Part shown: piece after piece, positions 35,758-48,388 of the stretch
How the letters are laid out: each line of letters begins with the position of its first letter
Numbering within the stretch: position 1 is the stretch's first letter
Assembly: GCA_043228905.1 (NCBI GenBank)
Contig: JBHGNT010000017.1
Span: forward strand, 17,980,001-18,044,000
DNA from: Azolla caroliniana
Lineage: Eukaryota; Plantae; Polypodiophyta
DNA length: 64,000 bases
Direction of reading: 5' to 3'
The notes under the pieces: model-generated
Databases searched by the model: none
What the model was told of the DNA's origin: nothing
What the model saw: the letters and a program-made list of their open reading frames with translations, nothing else
Program-made: the position numbers and the translations under genes

Positions 35758-38700
35758 TATGGTAAACGAGAAATAGAAAGAGAGGGAGAAAGGGAGAGAG
35801 AGAAAGAGAGGGAGAAAGAATGTTTTTATGATAATGTGTGTTTGTCTCTCTCTCTACAACCAACCAACCGACCACAGAGAGAGAATGTGGTGGTTATAGG
35901 TGCACCCTATTTTTGGGGTGCACCTTTTCATATCATAAGGTTACGTTTTGTATTTACTTTCTTATTTACTTATTTACACTAATTAGTTTATTACAACACC
36001 CCCCCATAAACTAATTAGTTGTGAACCGTTGTAATCCTAAATTTTCACAACAAGTTTCAAATTTGTCCGGAGGGAGAGCCTTTGTTAGAAAATCAGCCCA
36101 CATATGATTTGTTGATGTAAACTCTAATGTAAGCTTGTTTTCTTCGGCTAACTCTCGTATAAAGTGATATTTTAAATCCACATGTTTTGTTTTCTCTGAG
36201 TGCTTTGGATTCTTCGTTAAGTAGATGCATGATATATTGTCGCAGAAGATTTTCAATTGGAGTGGTCCACATAGTTGGAGTTCTTTTATCACTGTTTGCA
36301 ACCATAATCCTTCTTTAGCAGCCAATGCCACTGCTACGAACTCAGCTTCAGCAGATGAGAGTGTCACAGATTCTTGTTTTTTCGATTGCCACGTCACTGC
36401 TGCTCCTGCCATTATAAAAGAAAAACCAGCAGTAGATCTACGAGAATCAATGTCCCCCCCCCAATCCGAATCAGACCAACCAACAAGTGATTTGATTGGT
36501 CTTTCGGATTGGGATCGTTTATATGTTAATCCATAGTTAGATGTGTGTTTTAAATATCGCATAACTCGTTGAAGTGATTTCCAATGCATAAGACCAGGGT
36601 TATGCATAAAGCGTGAAAGATAGTTAATTGCAAAACAAAGGTCAGGACGAGTCCCTGTGACTAAATATCGAAGTTTTCCTATTAATTGTTTAAAAGGAAA
36701 TTGTTGCATAAAATTAATATCTCTTTTTGTGGTTGGACTATCAGATATGCTTAAGTTACATGTTAATGATAAGGGAGTAGTGCAAGGTTTAATGTTTAGC
36801 ATTCCGAAGGATTTCAAAATTTCATTAATGAATTTATTTTGATGAATGATCAAGGTGCCCATACTACGATTACGCGTAACTTGCATGCCTAGGAAATAAG
36901 ATAGGGGACCTAAATCTGTTATTGAAAATGCTTTGGAAAGCTCTAGCTTTGCTTGAGTAATTTCAGATGGTGTTCCGACTATAGGAATGTCATCAACATA
37001 TAATGCTACCACTAACAACCGATTAGATGAATGATTATGTCTAATGTATATATTTGGTTCTGATAACAATCTAGAATAGCCATGTGAGAGCATAAAATTG
37101 TTAAATTTTTGAAACCATAACCTAGGAGATTGTTTGAGTCCATAAAGTGATCGATGTAATCGACACACATAGTTTGGTTGAGATTGTGACTCAAACCCAG
37201 GAGGTTGGGACATGTAGATTTCCTCAGGTAAATCACCATGTAGAAATGCCGTTTGTACATCCAAATGATGTACTTCGAGATCAAGAATGGTGGCTAGAGC
37301 CATTAGGAGCCGAAAAGATGCCATACGGAGGACGGGTGAAAAAGTCTCAGAATAGTCAAGTCCTTCAACTTGAGAAAAACCACGAGCTACAAGTCGAGCT
37401 TTGTAACGTGCAACAGTACCATCAGGGTTTAGTTTTTTCTTCAACACCCATTTGCATGAAATAGGTGAGCGTCCCATTGGGAGTGGTACTAGAGTCCATG
37501 TTTTATTGGCCTCAAGAGATTCAAGTTCTTTTGCCATGGCGGCTTGCCATTCTACACGATCTGGACTTTGCAATGCCTCATTGATAGTTAAGGGATCATC
37601 AGAGACGTCTGATGTGGTTGTCGGGGAACCAAGAGCCGAAAAAGCAAACTCAGGTTCAAATCGATGGTCCGCAACAAGGGCATCAATTTTTTGTGTGTGA
37701 TCATAAAGATCTTGAATAGTACGAACTTTCTTTGGAGTCGATGTAGGGCTAAGTGAACTAGGTGATTTCGCATTGTCACAACAATTTTTATCTTCTACAT
37801 GTTGACTATTAGTGGGATATGAGGTATTTCTACATCCTATTTTAATTACTTTTGCATCATTGTGACCATTGGTTTTCCCCTTACCATTAAGGCGTGAGGA
37901 TCTTCGTAGTGGGATCAAGAGATTTTGAATAGGATGGGAACCTGAATAATCAATGTGAGTTAATTGTGTTCTATCTAAAGGCTTTTCCTTATGAGTGCTA
38001 AATTGTTTATTAAGCCTTTGTTTAGTTTGCGTAGAGTTAGTGTTTAAAATTGGAGTATGTACATCAGTTTGTTGTGATTGTTTGGTTATTAGGGGCAATA
38101 AGTTGGAGTCATTGGTTGAAACTGGGACTTCTAGGCGAACCTCTAGAGATGAATGCATTAGTGGAGGAGGGTTAATTGGCATATGGTCAAGTGTGACTTG
38201 TTGAATTTCCGAGGACATTTGTGGAGCCCGCCAAGAATTAGTAGGTGATGATATTATTTCTTTATTAGATTCAATGTTAGACATGGTAGTCTCATCTTGT
38301 ATCTTTTCATGGCCATGATGTGGGTGAGGATTAGATATTAGCTTATCTTCATCAAATATCACTCGTCGACTAAATATAAATCTTTTGGATTTTGGGTCAT
38401 ATAATCGATAACCCTTATAGCCATGAGGTTCGCCATACCCAACAAATATTGTGCGAACTGCGTGATTATCTAATTTTGATCGAGTTTCTAAGGGTACGAG
38501 TGCATATGATGGACATCCAAAGATTCTTAGATTTTCATAATTTGGATTTTTTCCAAACCACAAGGAAAATGGAGTTGTCCTAATTGATCGACTATATGTT
38601 CTATTGAATATATAACAAGCGGTTGAAACGGCCTCTTCCCAATATGTTCGGGGAAGGTTTGCAATGGCGAGCATGCTACAAGTGGCGTCCATATACAACC

Positions 38701-40984
38701 GGTTTCGCCGTTCAGCCCTTGAATTGTGTTGGGGTGTATATGGGATGGTAAACCGTTGTTGAATCCCATGGTTTTGGCAATAAGTTTGGAAGTTTTGGGA
38801 CTTGAATTCTCCACCATTGTCTGATTGTAGTACTTTAAGGGGTAAATCTTGTTGATTTGTTACAAGTTTGTGGTAGGCTTTAAATTTCTCAAGGACTTGA
38901 TCACTACATTTTGTCTTGAGAAACGTGACCATCGTGAACCGAGTAAAGTCATCGATAAATGTTAGGAAATATACATTTCCAGATAGGGATGGGGTAGACA
39001 AAGGACCACATATATCCGTATGTACTAGTTGGAGGGGTTTGGTGGTCGTTGTAGGATGGGATGGAAATGGCGAGTTAGAAAGTTTTCCAAATATACACCC
39101 TTCGCAAAGGGATAATTTCGATTTACGAGGAAGAGTAAAGCCAATTGCTATATGTTGTCGGGCCATGTGAACCATTGTTTGATGGTTTAAGTGACCTAAT
39201 CGATAGTGCCATAATAAGGTCATATAGTTTGATGTGTTTGAATCATCTATGTGGTGTGCTTCTTCAGCAGGTACCACAGAGCGGCCTAGAAGGTAAAGAC
39301 ATCCTTGTCTTGGACAATTGACGACATAGCCTCGTCCAGAGGGTGTCTTATGACGAATGATACAATATTTGTGATAAAACTCGACGGATGTATTATCATT
39401 CGTGAGTTTATTGACAGATATCAAGTTTTTGGCTATGTTAGGTATATAGTAAACTTCATTGATTTCAATGAAGTTCCCATCAGAAAGTTCAAGATGAGCA
39501 GTCCCATGTCCAAGGGCATATTCAACCCCATTGTTCCCAAATCTAACCGGGAAAGGATGTTCTAAGGCCTTATAGTCTTTGAGCCATTCAACTCTTGAGG
39601 TGAGATGACATGTGGCACCTGTATCAAGAATCCACGTTGAAGTGGGAGAATTGTTAAATGAAGTGAGGGCCATGAAGGCAATGAAAGAATCTTCATTATC
39701 TTCATCGGAATTTTGGTCATTATCACATATGTGATTATTTGGATCGTAGTCATCATGAGATGCATTATAAGATTGGTCTTCTTTATATGTTCTTTTCCCG
39801 TTGTTAGAATTCCTATAACAATCTTTCGTTTCATGTCCGCTCCTTTGACAATTTTTACAAAAGGATCTAAGGAACCTAGATTTGTTATGATTCCTTGAAT
39901 CGTTAAATTTAGAGGTTCGTGAATAAAATTTGGAGTTATTAGGTTGGTATGTTGATTTAGGTTTATTGTAAGGTTTTTTATTGTAATTTGGATGTTTGAT
40001 ATAAAGTGCGGTGTGAGATGAGGAGGGTTGATTTATTGCCCTACGAAGTATGTTTTCTTGTGAGATTGATGCAACTAATGTTGGGACACTAATGTTGGCG
40101 GATGTGGATTTTGTACTTATAAATGGTTGCCATGATGGGGGTAGGGCGGCTAACAAGAGGGCAGATTGAACGGAACTTGGCAAACTAAGTCCTGAAAGGA
40201 TTACATCATCAAGTCGAAGTCTCCAATTTTTAACGAATGTATCAACATCATCATTTTCATTCATATTCATATTTATTAATGTTTTTAAATTTGCAACTTG
40301 GGACGTAACGTCCGTATGGAGGTAATCAGCCTCTAATCTATCCCATATTTGTTTGGAGGTAGTCAAGGTTCTCACACTTTGCTTAAGTGTGTCCTCCATA
40401 TGAAGGAGAAGTTCTAAGCGAGCGTTTAAATCACGCCGCTTCCATGTTTGCACACCAAGTGCATTTGTGGGGTCGGGGCACACGTCGGTTCCATCGACGA
40501 TTTTTAACAAGTCATGTTGTTCTAATATAATTTCCATGGTCATACGCCATGGTTGATAATTTTTATCATTCAATTTTTCAATATGATAAGTGCGAGACGA
40601 TACCTGGGCGGCATTTGCCGCCACATTTGCTATCACTCCACCGTTTGACATGGTCGAAAGTCGTTTCTTTAATTCGCACGTTCGTTATTAACACCGCGAC
40701 ACAAATCTTGGTGGGGTTGGACTCCTTCACCGCTCTGATACCATATGGTAAACGAGAAATAGAAAGAGAGGGAGAAAGGGAGAGAGAGAAAGAGAGGGAG
40801 AAAGAATGTTTTTATGATAATGTGTGTTTGTCTCTCTCTCTACAACCAACCAACCGACCACAGAGAGAGAATGTGGTGGTTATAGGTGCACCCTATTTTT
40901 GGGGTGCACCTTTTCATATCATAAGGTTACGTTTTGTATTTACTTTCTTATTTACTTATTTACACTAATTAGTTTATTACAACA
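35758..40984 (-). mobile_element. Intact Ty1/Copia LTR retrotransposon; 241-bp LTRs 35758-35998 and 40744-40984; 5-bp TSD CATAC
   Basis: LTRs identical by eye; PBS tggtatcagagcg (40731-40743); PPT tatggggggg; TSD at 35753-35757 and 40985-40989. Confidence 0.97.
36011..40651 (-). CDS. Copia gag-pol polyprotein (gag, CCHC knuckle, protease, integrase, RT, RNase H)
   Basis: Uninterrupted 1546 aa: CKNCQRSGHETKDC, WILDTGA, WHYRLGH..CEGC, HTDICGP, SDNGGEF, LYVDD, SDSDWGG, KHVDLKYHFIRE. Confidence 0.97.
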   Translation of the reverse strand: MSNGGVIANVAANAAQVSSRTYHIEKLNDKNYQPWRMTMEIILEQHDLLKIVDGTDVCPDPTNALGVQTWKRRDLNARLELLLHMEDTLKQSVRTLTTSKQIWDRLEADYLHTDVTSQVANLKTLINMNMNENDDVDTFVKNWRLRLDDVILSGLSLPSSVQSALLLAALPPSWQPFISTKSTSANISVPTLVASISQENILRRAINQPSSSHTALYIKHPNYNKKPYNKPKSTYQPNNSKFYSRTSKFNDSRNHNKSRFLRSFCKNCQRSGHETKDCYRNSNNGKRTYKEDQSYNASHDDYDPNNHICDNDQNSDEDNEDSFIAFMALTSFNNSPTSTWILDTGATCHLTSRVEWLKDYKALEHPFPVRFGNNGVEYALGHGTAHLELSDGNFIEINEVYYIPNIAKNLISVNKLTNDNTSVEFYHKYCIIRHKTPSGRGYVVNCPRQGCLYLLGRSVVPAEEAHHIDDSNTSNYMTLLWHYRLGHLNHQTMVHMARQHIAIGFTLPRKSKLSLCEGCIFGKLSNSPFPSHPTTTTKPLQLVHTDICGPLSTPSLSGNVYFLTFIDDFTRFTMVTFLKTKCSDQVLEKFKAYHKLVTNQQDLPLKVLQSDNGGEFKSQNFQTYCQNHGIQQRFTIPYTPQHNSRAERRNRLYMDATCSMLAIANLPRTYWEEAVSTACYIFNRTYSRSIRTTPFSLWFGKNPNYENLRIFGCPSYALVPLETRSKLDNHAVRTIFVGYGEPHGYKGYRLYDPKSKRFIFSRRVIFDEDKLISNPHPHHGHEKIQDETTMSNIESNKEIISSPTNSWRAPQMSSEIQQVTLDHMPINPPPLMHSSLEVRLEVPVSTNDSNLLPLITKQSQQTDVHTPILNTNSTQTKQRLNKQFSTHKEKPLDRTQLTHIDYSGSHPIQNLLIPLRRSSRLNGKGKTNGHNDAKVIKIGCRNTSYPTNSQHVEDKNCCDNAKSPSSLSPTSTPKKVRTIQDLYDHTQKIDALVADHRFEPEFAFSALGSPTTTSDVSDDPLTINEALQSPDRVEWQAAMAKELESLEANKTWTLVPLPMGRSPISCKWVLKKKLNPDGTVARYKARLVARGFSQVEGLDYSETFSPVLRMASFRLLMALATILDLEVHHLDVQTAFLHGDLPEEIYMSQPPGFESQSQPNYVCRLHRSLYGLKQSPRLWFQKFNNFMLSHGYSRLLSEPNIYIRHNHSSNRLLVVALYVDDIPIVGTPSEITQAKLELSKAFSITDLGPLSYFLGMQVTRNRSMGTLIIHQNKFINEILKSFGMLNIKPCTTPLSLTCNLSISDSPTTKRDINFMQQFPFKQLIGKLRYLVTGTRPDLCFAINYLSRFMHNPGLMHWKSLQRVMRYLKHTSNYGLTYKRSQSERPIKSLVGWSDSDWGGDIDSRRSTAGFSFIMAGAAVTWQSKKQESVTLSSAEAEFVAVALAAKEGLWLQTVIKELQLCGPLQLKIFCDNISCIYLTKNPKHSEKTKHVDLKYHFIRELAEENKLTLEFTSTNHMWADFLTKALPPDKFETCCENLGLQRFTTN

Positions 40985-41828
40985 CATACTGCTCGTGTCC
41001 AGTAGTTCAATTTCAGATGAAAAACAAGTGTAACAAAATGCCAAATAATAAGTATCTCTAAAGCACATTACTCTTTGGCTTAATGCTCCTAACGACAATG
41101 AAAGGTTGATGCAATAAATTATGAATGTTACATGATATCATTTGCTATAGAAAGGATACAGCAAGGATGTAACATTATAGCACCATTAGAAAGGGCAAAT
41201 GTAGTCAACATAGTTAACTTCAAAACCACAGAAGCTCTAGACCTTTGACTCTCCATGTGTGCTTGTTCCGGAATATGCTTCCATTCTACAAATTTACTTC
41301 GTTCCAAAAGCTCCAGCTCTTGAAAATACTTCCTCATGGAACCTTATATGTAGTCTGCAAAAGGAATATTCTTATTAACTCCATTCCCCAGCTTTTTTAT
41401 TCTACAATATCCTCATCCATGATCTTGCTGGTTACATTGCTTTCTTCTCACTATTTCTTACTTGTTTAAATAAAATCTGATGTGCACTAATAGAAACTGA
41501 AAAAGGTATAAAAAACCATTATCGTTGCTAATATCGTCTCAGACTGAGATTTCTTGCTTTCCTTCTAAACCAGCTTGTCGGATAGAGCTTTCTTCAAATT
41601 GTTGGCCTATTGATACAACAAAGTAGTTTTCAGCAAACACAAAGTCTTAACTAACAAAAAGATATAAAAAAGGGAGATAGAGATATACTCGGTTATCTAA
41701 TTCAATGATGACATGATGGCATTCATCATGGTCTGCTTTGCATTCCTCTTCTCTTCTTTTCAAGGCTTCAAGATCTTACGATGCAACATAACAATATTGC
41801 ATCTGTTTTTTAGCATGTTTTGTATGTT

Positions 41829-42180
41829 CTCGCTTACCCGCCTCTAAGCGGCGTGTAGCACATTCATTCCATCTATGATTTGATGGAACTTCAAGGCCAA
41901 GATATTTGAAGCTTTCCACACATTCAAGTGGCTCATTGTTGTACATAATGCATGGTTTATCTCTTTTTTTGCTCTTCACAAGCATAATCTTTGTTTTAGA
42001 GCTATTGACACTTCATTTAGTATGCATGCAAAAAATTTCCAATGCTTTTATAAGCTTTTGTGCATCTCCTAAATTATTTGCGAAAAGCACTACATCCACA
42101 TATAGCAAAAGCATAATCACAACATTCCCAATGACAACTTCTTCAACACATTCTTCCTTTGCAAACTTGGTAACCATTAC
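41829..42180 (-). mobile_element. LINE RT fragment, same family as 26731-30445
   Basis: Reverse complement aligns to ~29080-29432 (ESFKYLGLE). Confidence 0.9.
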
Positions 42181-45100
42181 TTCCTAAACCCTAAACCCAA
42201 TGAGAGAGAGAGAGATTACAATGCCTTCTCAATATTTATAACAATTATAACTCTTCTTCGTTTTAATATTACTCATTCACATAGCCATTCAAAAACACTA
42301 AGGAGTGTCTCTACGAGAAGCATGTTACTCAAAAAAGGGGTGAAAAAATGTAAGAAATGGTCATCAAGGATACAATCCCGCGATGAAGTATGGCAAAACA
42401 AATAATTTGCTTGTGTACATAGAAAACCGAGAAGAAATATTATAAATGATGTTTCTTCTCTCTTCTTCTATAGGAAAAAATGAATGAAGTATATACTTGC
42501 CTATTCCAAAACCTTTTATGGATGTATATCCACATTCCACTAAATGACAACAAACATTCTATTGCCAGTCGAATGTTTCTTAGTAACATGTGTACATTGA
42601 TGTGTAATTGTGGCTCCTGATTCATCTTAGGAGTTAAATCATCAATATGGATGGCATAAAGGCTTTTCAACCAACATAAAAAAAAATTACAATCTGAACA
42701 ACAAACTACAACAGATCAAAATGATTAACTTTCTCGATCTTGTAACAAAGTATTCGTTATCGGTATCATGGGGTCTCCTAAAGACATTGTCCATGATTGT
42801 GTTCGCTGTTTAATCTTAGCAGTCGGTCATTGAACTGGATGGTGTAAAAATGCCATTTGAAGTTAGTTTTGATTTCTTTAGGCTGACATTTCTCTTGATA
42901 TCTAATAATTTGTCGTACAATACCCATGGAAAGCTAAGAAAGAGAGTTTCTTCTTCACCATTTCTACACAACCCATGACATTTCAGGAAATCTGGATGAT
43001 ACATCACATGATACCATGATGAAGCTATAGCATACTTTGCATTTGTTGTTGGAAATCGAGCTTCTTTGACCATATTATTGTACCAATTTTTTGCTTCTAA
43101 TTGAATGGCAATCATTGCTTCACGAACTTTGTCTTCAACCTTTCGAGGATCACTATTCATTTTTGAATAGTTGCCAATAACAGGATACAACTCGGAGAAA
43201 AACCCGGAAACCATCTGAGCTTCAGTTTGAACTCCATACAAATCCATCAAAGACATGAGTTTGGTGTTGTAAAGCTTCTTATAATCAAAGGGATAACGTC
43301 AAGTAATGCTCAAAACCTTCTTGCATCAAATCCTGGTCATATGACCTCAATACATCATTTATACTGATCTTTGAAGTATTTCCAAGAACAGTCAGTTTTG
43401 CTGCTCTGTAAAGCTTCCAAGAATCCCAGGATATAATCGTGGATGCAAGTATTTTGGCAATATTGCTGCAACACCAGTCTTCGGGAAATCGACGGAAATC
43501 GATGAAAGTAAAGCAAGTTCTTTGCATTGCCAAGCTCTAGCCTTTTCAGGCTCCTTATCAGCAAAAACCACATGTGCATTCGCTATCGTTCCGAGGTTAT
43601 CATTTTGCATGTAGTCAACAAAGTATGTTTGGATTTCCTGCAAAACATCCAGAAGCAATGCAAGGTGAAACAATACTTTAAGCTTTCCCTATTGATTACA
43701 TAGTAAAATCGACTCTTCGAACACAAATAGATATCACTCATGTAATATGAAATATTACACTAACTATTTAATCAAACTTGCTTTGATGAAATAAAAATCT
43801 AATAAAGCAGGAAGCAAGAAATTGGGCTTGCCAAAGGGAAGGATAGAAATTTCCCATCAAGATCCGTCTGACAAGAATAAGACAAACATAGAGAGAGACT
43901 CGGGTTTTCCAAGCTATCTATCTATGCAAATATCCCAGGACTGACATGAGTTTTTCACCACATACCTCAAGTGTAGGAGAATGATCCAATAAAATAGGAT
44001 TGGGTGGATGATAATCCATGGGAGCCTCTGTAACTGCTGGGATCAACCTCTTGTCCCATGTGACAAAGTAAAGGTCACCGTCCAGATCACTACCAGAACA
44101 TTCATTGGGGTGTGGCCTGCACAGAGAAATCCAAAAGTGAGCTTAAAATCTCAACAAAACATGATTCCTTTGCCAGCATATTCACAAACACTTGCCCTTG
44201 GTTTCTTTAACGTCAAACAAATGAAGTGTTTCCCTTGTAGGTATTACCCACCCCTACCCTAACAAACTTCTTAGATGCTGAAAGACAAATGTTTAAATGT
44301 GGAATACACACCACCAGTTACCATTCTGGGGGAAAACAATACAATCAACCATATGTTGAAGGTTTGGTGAATCTACAGCAACCAAAACACAAACATCTCC
44401 CGGATGGAGACACAGATTCTTTGCAACAATTATGTTTCCCTGGATAACTGAAAGGCTGCCATCAGATGCAGATACTTGAATAAATACTTCTCCATAAGCT
44501 AAATCTGCAGTCTCATCCAAACAGCCCATCAGTACTCTCCCCTTGGGGATCAAAATTCTTGATCTCTTACAAATCTGATAAACCTGAGCTGCTTTGAAGG
44601 CTTGCAACATGCTTGAAAGGAAAGGCTCGCGATTGCGAGCATATCCAGCCACCAACATCTCCACCACAACCTTATGACATTCCCCCGCATAAGAAGCCTG
44701 AATAGCCTCAACAGCTGAAAACCTTTCATTCAGCAATCCATTCAATAATGTAATTCTTTCCTCTTGTATTGTTTCAAAAACCTGGTCCTCTATGCCAAGT
44801 GTAGACAAGAGGGTTATTATTTGGCGATTTAAGTAGCATGGAAGAAAACGACTCCATTCGAGTATATCAAGTGACACTAAATCCGAAGAGAATTTCTTCA
44901 TGCTTCTCCTCAAAGACAGCTTGCAAGTAGAGGTTGGATGAATTGCTACAACACCTTTGTAACCTGCATATCGAATTTGGAAAGCTGATGGCGCTTTTCC
45001 AGTGACCGAGTATCCACACTTTGATGCTACTTCGATAGCAAATGTTGGAGATATCCACCCTATGCCATCTGAAAATCAATACTTCACAACTCCAACCTCT

Positions 45101-47154
45101 CTTTCAATATCTGGAATCTCTTCAATTTCATATGCATACGTATCCGAACCTTTCTTTGATGCACTGAAGCACTGGCCTATCCTAGCAGCACAATTTGCAA
45201 CATTTTTTATGGTTGTAAAGTCACCCATCCATGCACGGATCTTATCAGCTGTGGTGGTTTGGTTCGATGCAAACATCCAAACGGAATGTTCTCTGAGCTG
45301 GCTGGCAGAGAAAGCTAGGAATTCGAATTTTCTCCCACCCAGTTCAATCCCCTCCTTTAAAATCCTATAGAATAGATTTCTGTGTGTTCTGATTTTATGA
45401 TTGTTTTTGAGGATTCATCTGCGACTAGCAATGCTTTTGAGTGAAGTAAATCCATATCTTCATCTGTGAAATGAACCCGAAGGAAATTCTCCACATTTTG
45501 CGCATTATTCCGCATGACACGGTTTGACATCTCTACCTCTGGTCCCAATAAATAAATTTTTGTAGGTGTTATAGTAAGATGGTGCATTAGCATCAAACCT
45601 TCAGCTACACTGTTTGTAAAGATATTTTCTGAAAACTGATCTTGTTGTAGCAACTTGATTTCACGTTGAAACCATCCCACAAAATCGTAACAACGCTCTT
45701 TTGTAACTAAAAGCTTCTCAAGTGCCATTTGTGTATTTCGAAGTGGTGTCATTGAAGGATGAAACATTTTGAGATCAACATGGTCAAGAATTGGACCACT
45801 GAGAATACCACATTGCACAACCTTATAGATTTTGAAAATAACATTAAATGGAAGCTCATTCAAATTAGTGCGGCTAAGGACAGGTACACGCCCTTGTGCC
45901 GTCGAGTATATAGTATGAAATTGTAAAGAAATATTATCTATCACCTGGAAAGCTTGGATGACTGCTAGATGCTTGGTAAATTCAAAATAACCATGTTTAT
46001 CTGCTGCTGAGATCTCTATATAATAAGCAGATGACTTCTCAATACTTTCATTTTCCGTGAAGTCTGTACATCGACACCAAGTATACCGATGATCTTCCTG
46101 ATTCTCTCGAAAGAAAGAATATCGATCAAACTGTTTCTCCCTCTTTCTTTTGTTGCTACCGAATTTCTGCTTGATCTTTGGAGCATGTTTCATCTGTAAC
46201 AAATTATTTAGAAGTAACAAATTATCAGCAATAATCCTCCATGACTTGAGGCAAGTAAATACAATTTATTTCTTACCTTTAATGAACCAAAATTCATATC
46301 AAATTAAAGATTTTTAATTGATGCAAAGATATGGAAAATATCATTTTTCATTTATAAATCAAATACATTCTGCATAAGGAACACGTTTGTTACATACATG
46401 TGGAAACAATCTTTACTTAAACTGAAATATGAATCTCAGAAAATGTATCAAATTGAAATATGTACATAAATTCAATCTCTGAAAAAAAGGTTGTATGAGT
46501 AATATTGACTTCTTGCTTAATCTCTCTTGACAAACACAAACAGTAGTATTAATTGCCCTCTTTTAAATAGGAAACTAAGGTAAACACTAAAAATATCACA
46601 AGTTCCTAGTGTTTCTTTGACAAACCCATAAATCTTGACTCAAATCATAAAGACCAATTGAGCTACATCATTGGTGCTTAAAGTAGTGTAAGAGGAATCC
46701 TCAAAACATGTCGAAATATCCGTAGTGATCGAGATTTGAAAATGAATCTGGAATTAAAGATATAAACCCACAGAATACAATGGAGAATATACATATATGA
46801 AAGCTGCCTTTATTAACCTACGATTCCATTCATATTTTTTTACAATAAAATATATTGTAATGAGTTAACTAATTAGGTGCTAAGTTCTAGTTATTGAACC
46901 ACTTAATTGGCTCTTAAGTCCCCTGTATATTCACATGCAACTTAACTATTTTACAACAGCCATTGTGTGTCAAGTAAAATTAAGAAGAAATAAAACGCAA
47001 AATGTGTCACAATTTCTTATTATAAAAGAATTCATGCAATAAATGTTTCATATTACTTCTTACCGAGGGTCACTTTGCGTTTTTCTTATAAGAAGGGGAA
47101 ATTAAAGAAAATTAAAAAACACGCACAATTGTAACCATTACTTATTGTGTCCAA

Positions 47155-47694
47155 TAGCAATGGTTTCATCTCAAACCCAACCAAACTGTTAAACCGTGGT
47201 TTAACGGTTTCTTGGTTTCAAAAAAATTTAATGGTTTGATTTGTTTTGGATTTTTAATAAACGGTTTGGTTTGGTTCTAAAACTCGGGTTTATTGGTTTA
47301 TAGCTTTAAAGGTTTTGTTGGTTTTTGGTTAACTTTTTTTTTACCTTAATATTTTATTAATTTAATGGTTTTTTATTTATTTAATTGATTTAACTTAAAT
47401 GCTTACTTAATTGAATGGTTTAATTAAAGTTCCTTTTATTGATGTAATAAATTTAACTTAAATGCTTATTTAATTTAATGTATTTTTGTTTATTTAGATT
47501 TTTAATTAGTTTGACTTAAATGGTTAGGTTTAAATCTTTTATTAAATGGTTCAATTTGGTTTCAACTTTTTAAAATGGTTTGGTTTACTTTTTCTTAAAC
47601 AATTTGGTTTAAATGGCTTGAGAGTTTATAAATGGTTTGGTTTGGTTTTTGTTTATATAAATGGTTCAGTTCGGTCAAACCGTGCCCATTGCTA
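47155..47694. mobile_element. hAT-type non-autonomous element (MITE) in an RDR intron
   Basis: TIR tagcaatgg...ccattgcta; 8-bp TSD gtgtccaa/gtgtccag; subterminal aaacc/ggttt motifs; AT-rich core. Confidence 0.85.
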
Positions 47695-47837
47695 GTGTCC
47701 AGATTCATAAAAATTGGAAGATGTTAGCGTCATCATCTTTATCAAGTCACACAAGTACTCTACCCATATAGTACGATGAATGAGTTCTCTTACACCAAAA
47801 TTTCATTTTTATCATCTTCTAACAATGTGAAATACAG

Positions 47838-47886
<49 letters not shown>

Positions 47887-47889
<3 letters not shown>

Positions 47890-48340
47890 TGACTTTGTAG
47901 AGTTCTCTCTCTTCCTGGTTCAGATTTCGTGACTTCTCTAGCACTGTCAATTGCCACAAAAGAAGTCCTTTTAACTTTAGAACATATTTTCTCACCCCCA
48001 CTTGCGAATAAAAAATGAAGGCATTCCGTATATTCCAATTGAACCATAGCCCCCAATACCTCAAGAACTCAAAAATAATTTGAGAATGAGGCATTGGTTC
48101 ATTGTTCTCCATATGTGCAAAACCCAATTGAAGGAAGATAGACGTACTCCGGTTAGAGACATCCACACTAAACTAATACACCTCCAAACCATCATATTCG
48201 CCATTTGAATTGGTGTGTAGGGTGGCATTGAGTTTGGTGTCGTAGTTTTCGTTAGATCCCTAGATAGAAGGGGTTCTATAGTTTGTTGTAAGTTAGTCAT
48301 GGTGGTATTTTTTCTTTCGTAATGAAAGCCATTATTTACG

Positions 48341-48343
<3 letters not shown>
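47887..48343 (-). mobile_element. L1-type LINE ORF2 C-terminal remnant flanked by (GA)n tracts
   Basis: FEFLRYWGLWFNWNIRNAFIF matches the W.IW..RN..IF motif of plant L1 ORF2 ends. Confidence 0.55.

Positions 48344-48388
<45 letters not shown>

Larger units (their letters stand above)
35223..41819 (-). pseudogene. Duplicated 3' end of NUF2 (35223-35757 + 40990-41819), split by Copia insertion
   Basis: Collinear with 52423-53762; penultimate exon has TAC>TAG, a deletion and a GT>AT donor loss. Confidence 0.88.
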
